The translations under genes and the position numbers were made by a program. Under the pieces are notes generated by a model that saw only the letters and a program-made list of their open reading frames with translations, did no database searches and was not told the origin of the DNA. From positions 62,001-126,000 of IMG/VR virus record IMGVR_UViG_3300028608_000006: a stretch of 64,000 bases of DNA; one strand, written 5' to 3'. Shown here piece after piece: positions 28,365 to 36,553 of the stretch. Position 1 is the stretch's first letter; each line of letters opens with the position of its first letter.

Positions 28365-29663
28365 TCAATCGATAATAGAACGCTCTGCCGCCTTGGGATC
28401 GTCTGCGACCTCCTGCTTGTCAACAGGTTTGCAGAAACCACCGTAAGTTGCCATGATGAGCCCCTTGTCAGTGAAGAAGGTGTACTTGATTGCGGGTTTG
28501 AGGATTTGTGTACCCCGCTCGCCGTCAGAGAAACGGTAAGCCCAGTACTTTGGTTCAGCATCACCAATGATGTCCAGTCGAACACCCGGCAGGTTCACCA
28601 CGGTAACTTCTTGTACATCACTTTCCTGTACCCAGCGCTGACCCCACAAAGAGTACGCCGGATAGCTGTAAGTGCGCTTACCGGTGATGGTAAGGTTGCC
28701 CACTTTGATCGAGCATTCACGAGCATCGGAATACCGACCGATCTTGAGATCTCGCTGGATGTACGCATACCCCGCAACAACGAACGCGGACACAATCAAC
28801 AGGATCATGAACCACAGATAGCAGAGGTATTTGATACGAGCACGACGCAGGGTCTTGACTAATGCTTTCTCGGTCATGAGGTCGCGAGCCATCGCACCCT
28901 TGTCCTCGACAGGAACGTCAGGAACAGGTTCAGGTTGAGCCTTTACTTTCTGCCGCTCGTCGTACAGGCGGATTTGCTCCTTGACCAACTGCGGCATGTA
29001 AACCTGTTTCCAGATAGCCTGACCATCGAAATCCCTGATCCAAATCTCGTCGCGCACAATAAAGGCGTCGTGCTCGGCGTAGAGCGCCGGCATAGGGAGA
29101 CAATCTGTACGACCCACGATGTTGAACAACCCATCTTCCTTGAATGCACTCGCCAGTTGGGTCACCAGCGCATCATACTGCTCAAGAGGAACAGTAGGCG
29201 TAGGAGGAACAGAAGTCCCCGCTACGTCCTGATGCTCCCACTTGCCATTCAGCATTACCGCCAGCCGACCTTTCCAGAAGTAAGCGTCCAGGTGCTTATA
29301 CCCCTCGGGTCCTGGGAACTCCTGATCGTGAGGCCACGTACCGAGCATATGGAGTGAGTCGTTTTCCGGAAGTACATCTTCCAGAAGCCCCTCAGTGTCG
29401 ATTTCAGCAGGCTTGTCTTCATGCCAGGCTAAGTCAGGACCGTAAATCAAATGCTGCCCACGAAAAGTGACAGCGTCCCCAATTTGAGGATTTTCGATAT
29501 CGAGCAGGCTGGCCGTAGACGGTAGGTCACAAAGGAACCTGCGCGTCTGTTTACCCGAAGCCAGATCCTCAAAGAACTGTTTCGACTCGATCCCCCAATC
29601 TGGGTATTGCGGAGTGGTGGTCTTAGCGTTCAGATCAGTATCGTCTTGACTGCTAATGATCAT
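28365..29663 (-). CDS. Single-pass membrane protein carrying three tail-fibre-type modules
   Basis: AAGGA RBS before ATG 29663; LGTWPHDQEFPGP...DAYFW matches the tail fibre LGVWPDNQQLPDP...DAYVW; TM helix YLCYLWFMILLIVSAFVVAGYAYI. Confidence 0.75.
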   Translation of the reverse strand: MIISSQDDTDLNAKTTTPQYPDWGIESKQFFEDLASGKQTRRFLCDLPSTASLLDIENPQIGDAVTFRGQHLIYGPDLAWHEDKPAEIDTEGLLEDVLPENDSLHMLGTWPHDQEFPGPEGYKHLDAYFWKGRLAVMLNGKWEHQDVAGTSVPPTPTVPLEQYDALVTQLASAFKEDGLFNIVGRTDCLPMPALYAEHDAFIVRDEIWIRDFDGQAIWKQVYMPQLVKEQIRLYDERQKVKAQPEPVPDVPVEDKGAMARDLMTEKALVKTLRRARIKYLCYLWFMILLIVSAFVVAGYAYIQRDLKIGRYSDARECSIKVGNLTITGKRTYSYPAYSLWGQRWVQESDVQEVTVVNLPGVRLDIIGDAEPKYWAYRFSDGERGTQILKPAIKYTFFTDKGLIMATYGGFCKPVDKQEVADDPKAAERSIID

Positions 29664-29751
29664 AATTAAATTCCTTGTTTTAGGCAAAAAGTAAAATAAC
29701 CCCACCTACTCCATCAGGGGCTACCTAATGGAGTAAATGGAAGTTAAGTGT

Positions 29752-30324
29752 TTAAGCATCGTCAAGCCGTACCAGGTGGAACGGGAACATTACCACGGTT
29801 TCTTCGTTGTAGTTGTTGTACGTCAACAACCCAAACTCGGGGTGTGGTGAAAACCGTTTCAGGCTGATCTGCACGCTCTCGTTATCAAGGGTGAGCATGA
29901 GGGATTCGCGCTTGAAGTGTTTAACCACGGTGGCGAGCACGCGCAGGTAACCGGTTTCCATGAACTCTTTTACGAGGTCAGCGGTTTCAGCGCCAACAGC
30001 GCAGCCGTACATGGAAGGTTCGTGGGCACGCTTGGCGAAATCATTGAACACGCAAACTGCCGCCGAACCAGTTGTAATAATGTCCTCGGTGTTCAGCAGG
30101 CGATTTTGTGGGTAGTTCGGGGTCCGGGTGATATCTTTGAGGAGATCCAGCGCGAAGACCAGTTCATCCAATACTTCTTTGTTGAGCTGCGTTTGAGCGA
30201 ACTCTCGTACGAACCCGATATTGAGAGATTCAACAATCTCTTCGTGTGTTACCGGTTTGTGTTCCTTTTCAACGACGAGAGGTTTCACTTCATTGACAGC
30301 CTCCGCTTTTAGTGCTAAGTTCAT
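29752..30324 (-). CDS. Hypothetical protein, first gene after an early promoter
   Basis: 190 aa, AAAGGA RBS. Confidence 0.8.
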   Translation of the reverse strand: MNLALKAEAVNEVKPLVVEKEHKPVTHEEIVESLNIGFVREFAQTQLNKEVLDELVFALDLLKDITRTPNYPQNRLLNTEDIITTGSAAVCVFNDFAKRAHEPSMYGCAVGAETADLVKEFMETGYLRVLATVVKHFKRESLMLTLDNESVQISLKRFSPHPEFGLLTYNNYNEETVVMFPFHLVRLDDA

Positions 30325-30425
30325 AAGGGTGTCCTTTAAAAGAGCGGTGATGTTGCAATTAGATACAAACGTGGGTTATATTAAAAATCAATTTACAAGT
30401 GTTAGACGCTCTGTCCATCATGTAA

Positions 30426-30442
30426 GTAATATAGGTTTGACT
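30426..30442 (-). promoter_or_regulatory. phiKZ-type early promoter
   Basis: Minus strand AGTCAAACCTATATTAC. Confidence 0.75.
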
Positions 30443-30469
30443 TATTGCTTGATGTAAGAGCGCCTAGGT

Positions 30470-30646
30470 TTAGGATGGAAAGTTCCAGCCGATCAACGCA
30501 CCCAGAACAACAGCACACACCGCCAGTGTGAAGATCGTGATCTTGATGCGCTTGCGGCGTTGGGCTTGTTTCTTCAGGATGTCGGTGTGCATGTTCTCCA
30601 TGAAGTTGCAGTCTTCTTCTTTACCCTTGATTTCCGGATTTACCAT
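30470..30646 (-). CDS. Small membrane protein (58 aa)
   Basis: Read manually: MVNPEIKGK...RRKRIKITIFTLAVCAVVLGALIGWNFPS; AAGGAG RBS. Confidence 0.7.
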   Translation of the reverse strand: MVNPEIKGKEEDCNFMENMHTDILKKQAQRRKRIKITIFTLAVCAVVLGALIGWNFPS

Positions 30647-30718
30647 GACTGTCTCTCCTTAGTCGGTTTGTCGGTATAAATGCGTCTTCTTGTGAAATTG
30701 CAAATATAAGCCTAGATC

Positions 30719-30744
30719 GGAAGAGCACCCGGAGGCACTCTTCC
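30719..30744 (-). terminator. 7-bp hairpin
   Basis: GGAAGAG...CTCTTCC. Confidence 0.55.
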
Positions 30745-30757
30745 TTTCTGGTATTGG

Positions 30758-31345
30758 TTACAGGTCTTCTGGATAAGTCAGTTGACCGTAGTCGGTGTCA
30801 GGGATGGTGATGATGGCTTCGGAGGCGAGGGCAAAAGGAATCACCCCGTAGATGCATGGACCGTCAACCGTCAGCTTAGTAGCGTCAGAAACGATCTCGC
30901 TGCCCGATACAACCACGCGAACTGCGGTGGTGAAGGCAGTCTTGGCGGCGGCCTGTTGGCTACCTACGGCCATACCGTAAGGCAACAGAACCATGATTCG
31001 ATCAGTGGTACTGTCAGTGTCTTTGTAGCAGTAGACACCCGGAACACTTTTAGCCAGCACAGCGGCTTTGTTGGGTTGCGTGAGCGGGTCAACCAGGTCG
31101 TAACCATTCACGTCATGCAGGTCCGCCGCATGGTACGTTTGGTTAATACCGATGAAGTTACGCGACGCGGATTTGACGGTAAGGGAACGTACACCTGTTC
31201 CAGAACCGGTGAGGGATTCGAAAGTCAGTTCACTTTCGGTAAGACCCGTAAACAGCGCTTTCATCGGAGCGTCGTCTTTATAACGATCCAGGTTGAAAGC
31301 GACGAAACGGTCAACAAACAAACCCATACGGGTAGCTTTGGCCAT
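30758..31345 (-). CDS. Paralog of 9833-10450 and 31492-32067 (probable virion protein)
   Basis: GGAG RBS before MAKATR; shared RYKDD...SRNFIG and GVYCY segments. Confidence 0.75.
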   Translation of the reverse strand: MAKATRMGLFVDRFVAFNLDRYKDDAPMKALFTGLTESELTFESLTGSGTGVRSLTVKSASRNFIGINQTYHAADLHDVNGYDLVDPLTQPNKAAVLAKSVPGVYCYKDTDSTTDRIMVLLPYGMAVGSQQAAAKTAFTTAVRVVVSGSEIVSDATKLTVDGPCIYGVIPFALASEAIITIPDTDYGQLTYPEDL

Positions 31346-31431
31346 TTGTAGAACTCCGGGAGGTGATGAAAAGGTGACGAAGTAAAAACCCCGTGACATA
31401 GTATCCCCACCGGTTTCCCGGGCAAGCATAA

Positions 31432-31472
31432 ATAACCCCTACCCCAGCCAGTGACGGTGGGGTAGGGGTTAT
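31432..31472. terminator. 15-bp perfect hairpin
   Basis: ATAACCCCTACCCCA-n11-TGGGGTAGGGGTTAT. Confidence 0.8.
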
Positions 31473-31491
31473 CCGCGTTACTTACCGAACC

Positions 31492-32067
31492 TTACAGGTC
31501 CAGCGGTTCAGCGTCTTCTTCCAGCTCGTCGACCGGCGCCTTGGCAACGGCGTATTCGATTTCGCCAGCGATGAAGTCGCTGCTGACCACGATGGTGCTA
31601 GTGCCGTCGCCCAGGGTAATGTCGCTACCCGCTACGTCGTACTTCAGAGCCGCGATCAGAGCAGAGACCGCTTCCTCGCCAACGTCGGCGCCTTCAACGT
31701 CAGGAACCACGACGATCAGTTTGGTTTCGCCGTCTTCGCCCAGGTAGGAGAACACGCCGCCTTCGACTTGACCCAGAGCAGCGGTCTTGTCTTCCAGCAC
31801 TTCGTCGGAAGTCAGGGTGATCACCTTGTCGCTGTGAACATCCACCGGACGCCATTTCTGGGCAGGACCCTGGAACGAACGGGAAACCGATTTGATGCTG
31901 GCGCTGTGAATGCCGCCGGATTTGGTGACCACGCCGAGTTCCAGATCTTCCAGACCGAGGTTGTCGAACTTCGCCAGCATGCGAGGATCGTCTTTGTAGA
32001 TCTGCTGGTTCTTCTGGACGAACGGGGTGAGCAGGAGCAGCATAGCAGCAAGTTTAGCTTGTGACAT
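31492..32067 (-). CDS. Paralog of 30758-31345 and 9833-10450
   Basis: YKDDPRMLAKF...KSVSRSFQG...GVFSY; GAGGA RBS; strong codon bias. Confidence 0.8.
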   Translation of the reverse strand: MSQAKLAAMLLLLTPFVQKNQQIYKDDPRMLAKFDNLGLEDLELGVVTKSGGIHSASIKSVSRSFQGPAQKWRPVDVHSDKVITLTSDEVLEDKTAALGQVEGGVFSYLGEDGETKLIVVVPDVEGADVGEEAVSALIAALKYDVAGSDITLGDGTSTIVVSSDFIAGEIEYAVAKAPVDELEEDAEPLDL

Positions 32068-32102
32068 CGGAGTTTCCTCAATGGAGAGATGTGGTTACTG
32101 CG

Positions 32103-32321
32103 TTACAATACAATCGCTTTTGCCCCAAGCCCTATGAGCATGAGCCAGAACAAAACCCCACCCGTTTTGTACGGGGGAAATCTATTCACCAGTACGAGAC
32201 CGGTATACCCTAAAATGGTTAGCAGATAGATGTAGTTCTGTGTCGCCATGCCAATCATGAAGATAACGAACATGGCAAACACGCTACGTACGTCAAGCAA
32301 TAAACGTAATTCTGGTGTCAT
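32103..32321 (-). CDS. Small multi-pass membrane protein
   Basis: 72 aa, about three hydrophobic helices. Confidence 0.6.
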   Translation of the reverse strand: MTPELRLLLDVRSVFAMFVIFMIGMATQNYIYLLTILGYTGLVLVNRFPPYKTGGVLFWLMLIGLGAKAIVL

Positions 32322-32350
32322 GCTTGATCTCTTTCTAAACAAAAAAGAAA

Positions 32351-32376
32351 AGGAAGGGTTAAACAACACCCTTCCT
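32351..32376 (-). terminator. Canonical intrinsic terminator of the chaperonin gene
   Basis: AGGAAGGG...CCCTTCCT stem followed directly on the minus strand by a U-tract. Confidence 0.75.
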
Positions 32377-32385
32377 CGCCTAGAG

Positions 32386-34089
32386 TTAACGCTTAACGGC
32401 TACTGCCGACAACTTGTCACCCAGCAGGATGCTGCTTGCATTGGCCAGAATTTTGGCTGTTTGCAAACCACCACGAAGCGCAGTGATAGTTGCGTAGGCA
32501 GTGTCGTAGACGCCCAGCTCCTCACTGGTACCCTTCTCCCCGGTAGCCAGGTTGGTGCAGACTGGAACAACGTCACCCTCTATAGAGTTCCAGGTAAGTT
32601 CTTTGAATGGACTTACCTCGTCGGAGGTCTGCTGCATCAGGTGGTTGTACGAGGCGTAGCAGATCTTGCCGAGACCAGAAATGATGCTGGCTTTGACAGT
32701 GGTATGACGTTGGTCTTCTGGGGATTCCTGGATAAACCCAGTGTTGTCGTTCAGAGCACGATGCAGAGCCGACAGGACGCGATGACCGGAAATAACCAAC
32801 GACGATCCAACACCTGGCAAGATACCATTCACCAGAGCGCTCTTGACCGCCTTCACAACGTCTTCGAACCGGTCAATGCGTTCTTTTACGTCCGAGTAGG
32901 TTTCGCCGCCCACAAAGATCGTGACGAGTTCACCGCGCAGGTTACGGATACGGGTCTCGTTGAACTTCGCCCGCACACTGAAACGATCACCCATTTCGTA
33001 GCTGCTCAGCTCACCGACAATTGCATCGGCACGCTTGTTCAGCTCCAGACGAACGTCTTCAGGAATATCACTCAGGATAGAACGAGTTCCATTGACGGTC
33101 AGTTTGGAGCGGACCGGATTGATAACAGTGTTGCCGACGTCTTCTAGGTTGGTGAAGATCGGCGCTTGGAACATGGCCGCGATGTCTTGCATCAACAGAG
33201 TGCCGACAGAACCACCGGCGTTGGTATTGATAGCCACAAACGTAGCGCCCGGGATACCTTTGGACGGTTGACCGGCTGCTTCTGCCTGACGCTGCTGCAT
33301 GGTGCTGTTGTTGATACGCGCCATGACTTGGCAGGCATCGTGTTCGACCGAACGACCGATCACCACGACAGTTTTGCCGGAATAACGAATAGCAAGCTCG
33401 ATCATCACTTCAGTCGCATCACCACCACGACCGACGTTACCGTCAATGATGATAGGGTAGAACTCGGTGAAGTCAGTGTCGCCGCCGTTGCCGTTCTTGG
33501 CGAAAGCTGGGTTACTGAAGTGCATATTGATCGGCAGACCATTGCTGCGAACCACCTTGTCAGTGGAAGATTGGCCTTCCTTGAGTTCGATCTCAGGGTA
33601 ACGATCGCCGGACGCCTTATAGATGTCGGTAACGATACGGCTGAGTTCTTCGTCGTTGTTGGAAGAGGTCAACGCCAACTTGAACAGACGAGGGTCATCA
33701 ACCTTAACCTGGATGGTCATGGCTTTCAGTTCTTCGACGATCAGGTTCATGCACTCTTCGATGTACTTCTGTTCACGGAAGCTTGGGTGAGCAGTGAACA
33801 GTTCGTACAGCAGAGAGGTCAGCATTACGGTGGTAGTGGTGCCGTCGCCGCATTCGTGGTCGGTCTTGATGGCCGCTTCAGTGATCACACGATTGATCAG
33901 TTCGTAGCGTGGGTCATCGAAACGAATCGACTTGGCCACAGTCACACCATCTTTGGTAACCTTTACAGCGGTGCCGTTGGCGATGTACGCCAGTTTGCCG
34001 TTTGGACCCATGGTGGCCACAACAGCTTTCTTGACCTGGCTAACCACGTCTTTTACGAATTCTTGGGTATCATCGATTGTCAACATCAT
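32386..34089 (-). CDS. groEL: Phage-encoded GroEL-like chaperonin
   Basis: TMGPNGK, VTKDGVTVAKSI, GDGTTTT, VGGETYSDVKERIDRFED, GILPGVG, GVYDTA motifs; 567 aa. Confidence 0.95.
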   Translation of the reverse strand: MMLTIDDTQEFVKDVVSQVKKAVVATMGPNGKLAYIANGTAVKVTKDGVTVAKSIRFDDPRYELINRVITEAAIKTDHECGDGTTTTVMLTSLLYELFTAHPSFREQKYIEECMNLIVEELKAMTIQVKVDDPRLFKLALTSSNNDEELSRIVTDIYKASGDRYPEIELKEGQSSTDKVVRSNGLPINMHFSNPAFAKNGNGGDTDFTEFYPIIIDGNVGRGGDATEVMIELAIRYSGKTVVVIGRSVEHDACQVMARINNSTMQQRQAEAAGQPSKGIPGATFVAINTNAGGSVGTLLMQDIAAMFQAPIFTNLEDVGNTVINPVRSKLTVNGTRSILSDIPEDVRLELNKRADAIVGELSSYEMGDRFSVRAKFNETRIRNLRGELVTIFVGGETYSDVKERIDRFEDVVKAVKSALVNGILPGVGSSLVISGHRVLSALHRALNDNTGFIQESPEDQRHTTVKASIISGLGKICYASYNHLMQQTSDEVSPFKELTWNSIEGDVVPVCTNLATGEKGTSEELGVYDTAYATITALRGGLQTAKILANASSILLGDKLSAVAVKR

Positions 34090-34144
34090 TACAAGGTTAC
34101 TCCGTTACAAGGTTACAAGGGATAATTGCTGTGCATCTAAACTA

Positions 34145-34161
34145 GTAATATAGGTTTGAAA
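34145..34161 (-). promoter_or_regulatory. phiKZ-type early promoter driving the chaperonin gene
   Basis: Minus strand TTTCAAACCTATATTAC. Confidence 0.8.
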
Positions 34162-34178
34162 ATATACAAATAAATAAA

Positions 34179-34201
34179 GTCCTCCCGGTTTAGGGGAGGA
34201 C
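34179..34201 (-). terminator. 8-bp hairpin
   Basis: GTCCTCCC...GGGAGGAC. Confidence 0.65.
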
Positions 34202-34215
34202 CTTACTTAAAGAGG

Positions 34216-34500
34216 TTACTTACGTTCCGGTGGATCCATTTGCACGAGGAAGAACTTCCCGTCGTGTTCCTGGAAACGGAAGATGGATTGCTCCACGAAG
34301 CGGTGGTGGTGTTGCAGTTCCACCGAGGCCACCAGCTCAACACTGGTGTTCTTCAGTTTGGTGACTGGGCCGATGATGTCGTCGATGTGAGGACCGTCTT
34401 CATCAGGTTGCATCACCAACATCAGCCGGCGGATAGCCAGTTGATCCAACGCCCGGTTCAGTTGTTCAGGGGTGAGGTTGTTGGGAGTCTTCAGTTGCAT
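34216..34500 (-). CDS. 94-aa beta-rich protein; tandem paralog of 34500-34793
   Basis: IIGPV...FRFQEHDGKFFLV versus VIGRV...FRFAQAGNVFYLV. Confidence 0.75.
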   Translation of the reverse strand: MQLKTPNNLTPEQLNRALDQLAIRRLMLVMQPDEDGPHIDDIIGPVTKLKNTSVELVASVELQHHHRFVEQSIFRFQEHDGKFFLVQMDPPERK

Positions 34501-34793
34501 TACAGGTCCCCTTTACGAACCAGGTAGAACACGTTGCCAGCCTGAGCGAAGCGGAACTCGCCTTCGATCTTGGCCTTGCCATTCCAGCCTTTCATGTCCA
34601 GGTACACGTCAAACTTTTTACCGAGGGGATAAATGCCCTGGACACGGCCGATCACGTTTTCGGTGGTAACAGCTTGAGCGGTTGGATCAATGCCGCAGAC
34701 GACGTGAACGCCTTCAGTTTTCTGCTGCTCCTGCAAACGCTTGACTGCGTCGGCGCTGAGCTTTTGTACAACTTTCACGTTGGGGTTAGCCAT
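34500..34793 (-). CDS. 97-aa beta-rich protein; tandem paralog of 34216-34500
   Basis: Same shared segments as above; AAGGA RBS. Confidence 0.75.
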   Translation of the reverse strand: MANPNVKVVQKLSADAVKRLQEQQKTEGVHVVCGIDPTAQAVTTENVIGRVQGIYPLGKKFDVYLDMKGWNGKAKIEGEFRFAQAGNVFYLVRKGDL

Positions 34794-35283
34794 TTACGTT
34801 TTCCTTGTCGTCGAGGTTTTGTTTCTTAAGGTGGGTGAGCAGTTTGTTAAGGGTATGCCGAATGTCGTCTTCGGTCATGAAAGAGTTTCGATTATCCAGA
34901 CGCATGGACGTGGCAGAGATCACCACCGTTGCTTGTTTCGAGACGACCGGTAGGACATAGAGAAACAACTCACGGGTGTCACGGCGAGCGATTATCCAAC
35001 AGGTATTCGACGACCCGGTGGTGTCAGCCTCTCTATGGAACACCCCAGCGTCTACCAGATCCTTAAAGATCTCTGGAGTTGGAGCGGTTGGGTTGAACCG
35101 GATGCGGTCGACCTTCCCCGAAGCTTGTCGAAGCGCTTCTGCTTCTTGCCGATGGCGATTGCCGGAGAACGTCATCTCCATCATGCCGAATGGTGCATCA
35201 CGGATTTCTTTAGAACGTGTATCACCGGCCAGCTGAAGAACCCGCTCCTTCAACCAGCCACCAATCTTTCGCAAGTGCTTCAT
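34786..35283 (-). CDS. Hypothetical protein
   Basis: 165 aa, AAGGAG RBS. Confidence 0.75.
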   Translation of the reverse strand: MKHLRKIGGWLKERVLQLAGDTRSKEIRDAPFGMMEMTFSGNRHRQEAEALRQASGKVDRIRFNPTAPTPEIFKDLVDAGVFHREADTTGSSNTCWIIARRDTRELFLYVLPVVSKQATVVISATSMRLDNRNSFMTEDDIRHTLNKLLTHLKKQNLDDKENVNG

Positions 35284-35294
35284 TGCAACGCTCC

Positions 35295-35891
35295 TTACTT
35301 ACGTTCGGAAATCACGATCGATTGAATCGTGTTTGAATACACGTTCGGCCAGTCTTTCGGCATAGCTTTACGACTGAAGATGGTCAGAGGAAGATGACTA
35401 ACCCGAGGATCGTCAAAGCTCTCGAACTGATCGTCCGGGATTTCTTCTTCATCATCAGGCTCATCGTCTGGACCGTGTTGATCGAACCAGTCATCCTGAG
35501 CATCTTGGTCGTGGGACTTCTCTTCCTCATCCACCTCCAAACGACGGAGATGTTTCGGACCCGTCTGACATTCCTTACAGATTGTCTTGGTCCACTTCTC
35601 TCGTGGGTACTCATCCACGAAATAAGGAGTGTGAGAGATCGTGTCACAGCGGGGTACTTCTTTCCCGCAGTCAGAACAGTCGACCGGTTCAGTCCGTCGT
35701 TCTTCCAGATGGTTCATGTAGCAGGGATTGCAGAGCAGATACATCTCCGAACCCATGCTGTCATTCTCAGACGTGTGACCGTACGCTTGGTCACCCGGCT
35801 GAAGATGTTCGCAAGCACCGCCTTCGCAAACACCACCCTCTTCGCCGAACCCCACCGATTTGGAGGTTCTCCCGTGAGTAAACCAATTCAT
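35295..35891 (-). CDS. Cys-rich, probable Zn-binding protein with an acidic tail
   Basis: CEGGACEH, CNPC, CSDC, CKEC, then a D/E-rich stretch. Confidence 0.75.
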   Translation of the reverse strand: MNWFTHGRTSKSVGFGEEGGVCEGGACEHLQPGDQAYGHTSENDSMGSEMYLLCNPCYMNHLEERRTEPVDCSDCGKEVPRCDTISHTPYFVDEYPREKWTKTICKECQTGPKHLRRLEVDEEEKSHDQDAQDDWFDQHGPDDEPDDEEEIPDDQFESFDDPRVSHLPLTIFSRKAMPKDWPNVYSNTIQSIVISERK

Positions 35892-36409
35892 GACACCCTC
35901 CTGACTGCTTTCGGTAGCTTGGTCACCTGGGTCTTACCACCGGTATGAGGATCCATGACCTTAGCGAGTTTGAGGGCTTTCTTGGCGCTCTTACCCATCT
36001 TCAGGGCAGCATCCGCATAAACACCACCCGACCCGATAGAGGTCGGCGCAATGATGTTCGTGATGAGGAAACTGTCCGGGACGTTGGGGCCTTGTTTATA
36101 AGCCCCTTGGACCAGCCAACCGTTGTGGAACTCGTCGACAATGATTGCCGTGAAGTTCATTTTGAAAGGGATCTTCAAGTCAGTGCGGTGGGTAAGTCCT
36201 CCGTCGCTCATCAATGCTTCTTTGATGAACAACTCAGAACCCGCCATGCCGGAACGACCAAAGGCAATGGCCCTGTGACCCATGATCTTCCATTCCTCAC
36301 CTTCGGTCGGAGTGAGAACCTTTTTTGCCGGGGTGTTAACCTTAGTCCCGTTGCGAGTACGCAACGAATCAGATACCAATTTACCCTTTACCCAGACTAC
36401 TGTGGTCAT
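35888..36409 (-). CDS. Ntn-hydrolase, HslV/proteasome-beta-like peptidase
   Basis: M-T-T N-terminus (Thr1), LVSDS, KKV, FGRSG, SIGSGG, MDPHTGG. Confidence 0.75.
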   Translation of the reverse strand: MTTVVWVKGKLVSDSLRTRNGTKVNTPAKKVLTPTEGEEWKIMGHRAIAFGRSGMAGSELFIKEALMSDGGLTHRTDLKIPFKMNFTAIIVDEFHNGWLVQGAYKQGPNVPDSFLITNIIAPTSIGSGGVYADAALKMGKSAKKALKLAKVMDPHTGGKTQVTKLPKAVRRVS

Positions 36410-36543
36410 ACCCTTCTTCCTTCCCTTTCAACCAGCGCGCGGCGGAAATCTTCTTCCACGGTTAATACTTCACCCAGGATTGGTTTCTTGGGTAGTTGGT
36501 TAGCGGCACGCTTAGCGCGCAGCTTCTTGTCTTTGACTTTCAT
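36406..36543 (-). CDS. Small basic protein (45 aa)
   Basis: AAGGAG RBS before MKVKDKK. Confidence 0.6.
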   Translation of the reverse strand: MKVKDKKLRAKRAANQLPKKPILGEVLTVEEDFRRALVEREGRRV

Positions 36544-36553
36544 GTCGCACTCC

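Noticed and set aside
32248-34125. 299-aa and 319-aa plus-strand ORFs
   Set aside because: Shadows of groEL.
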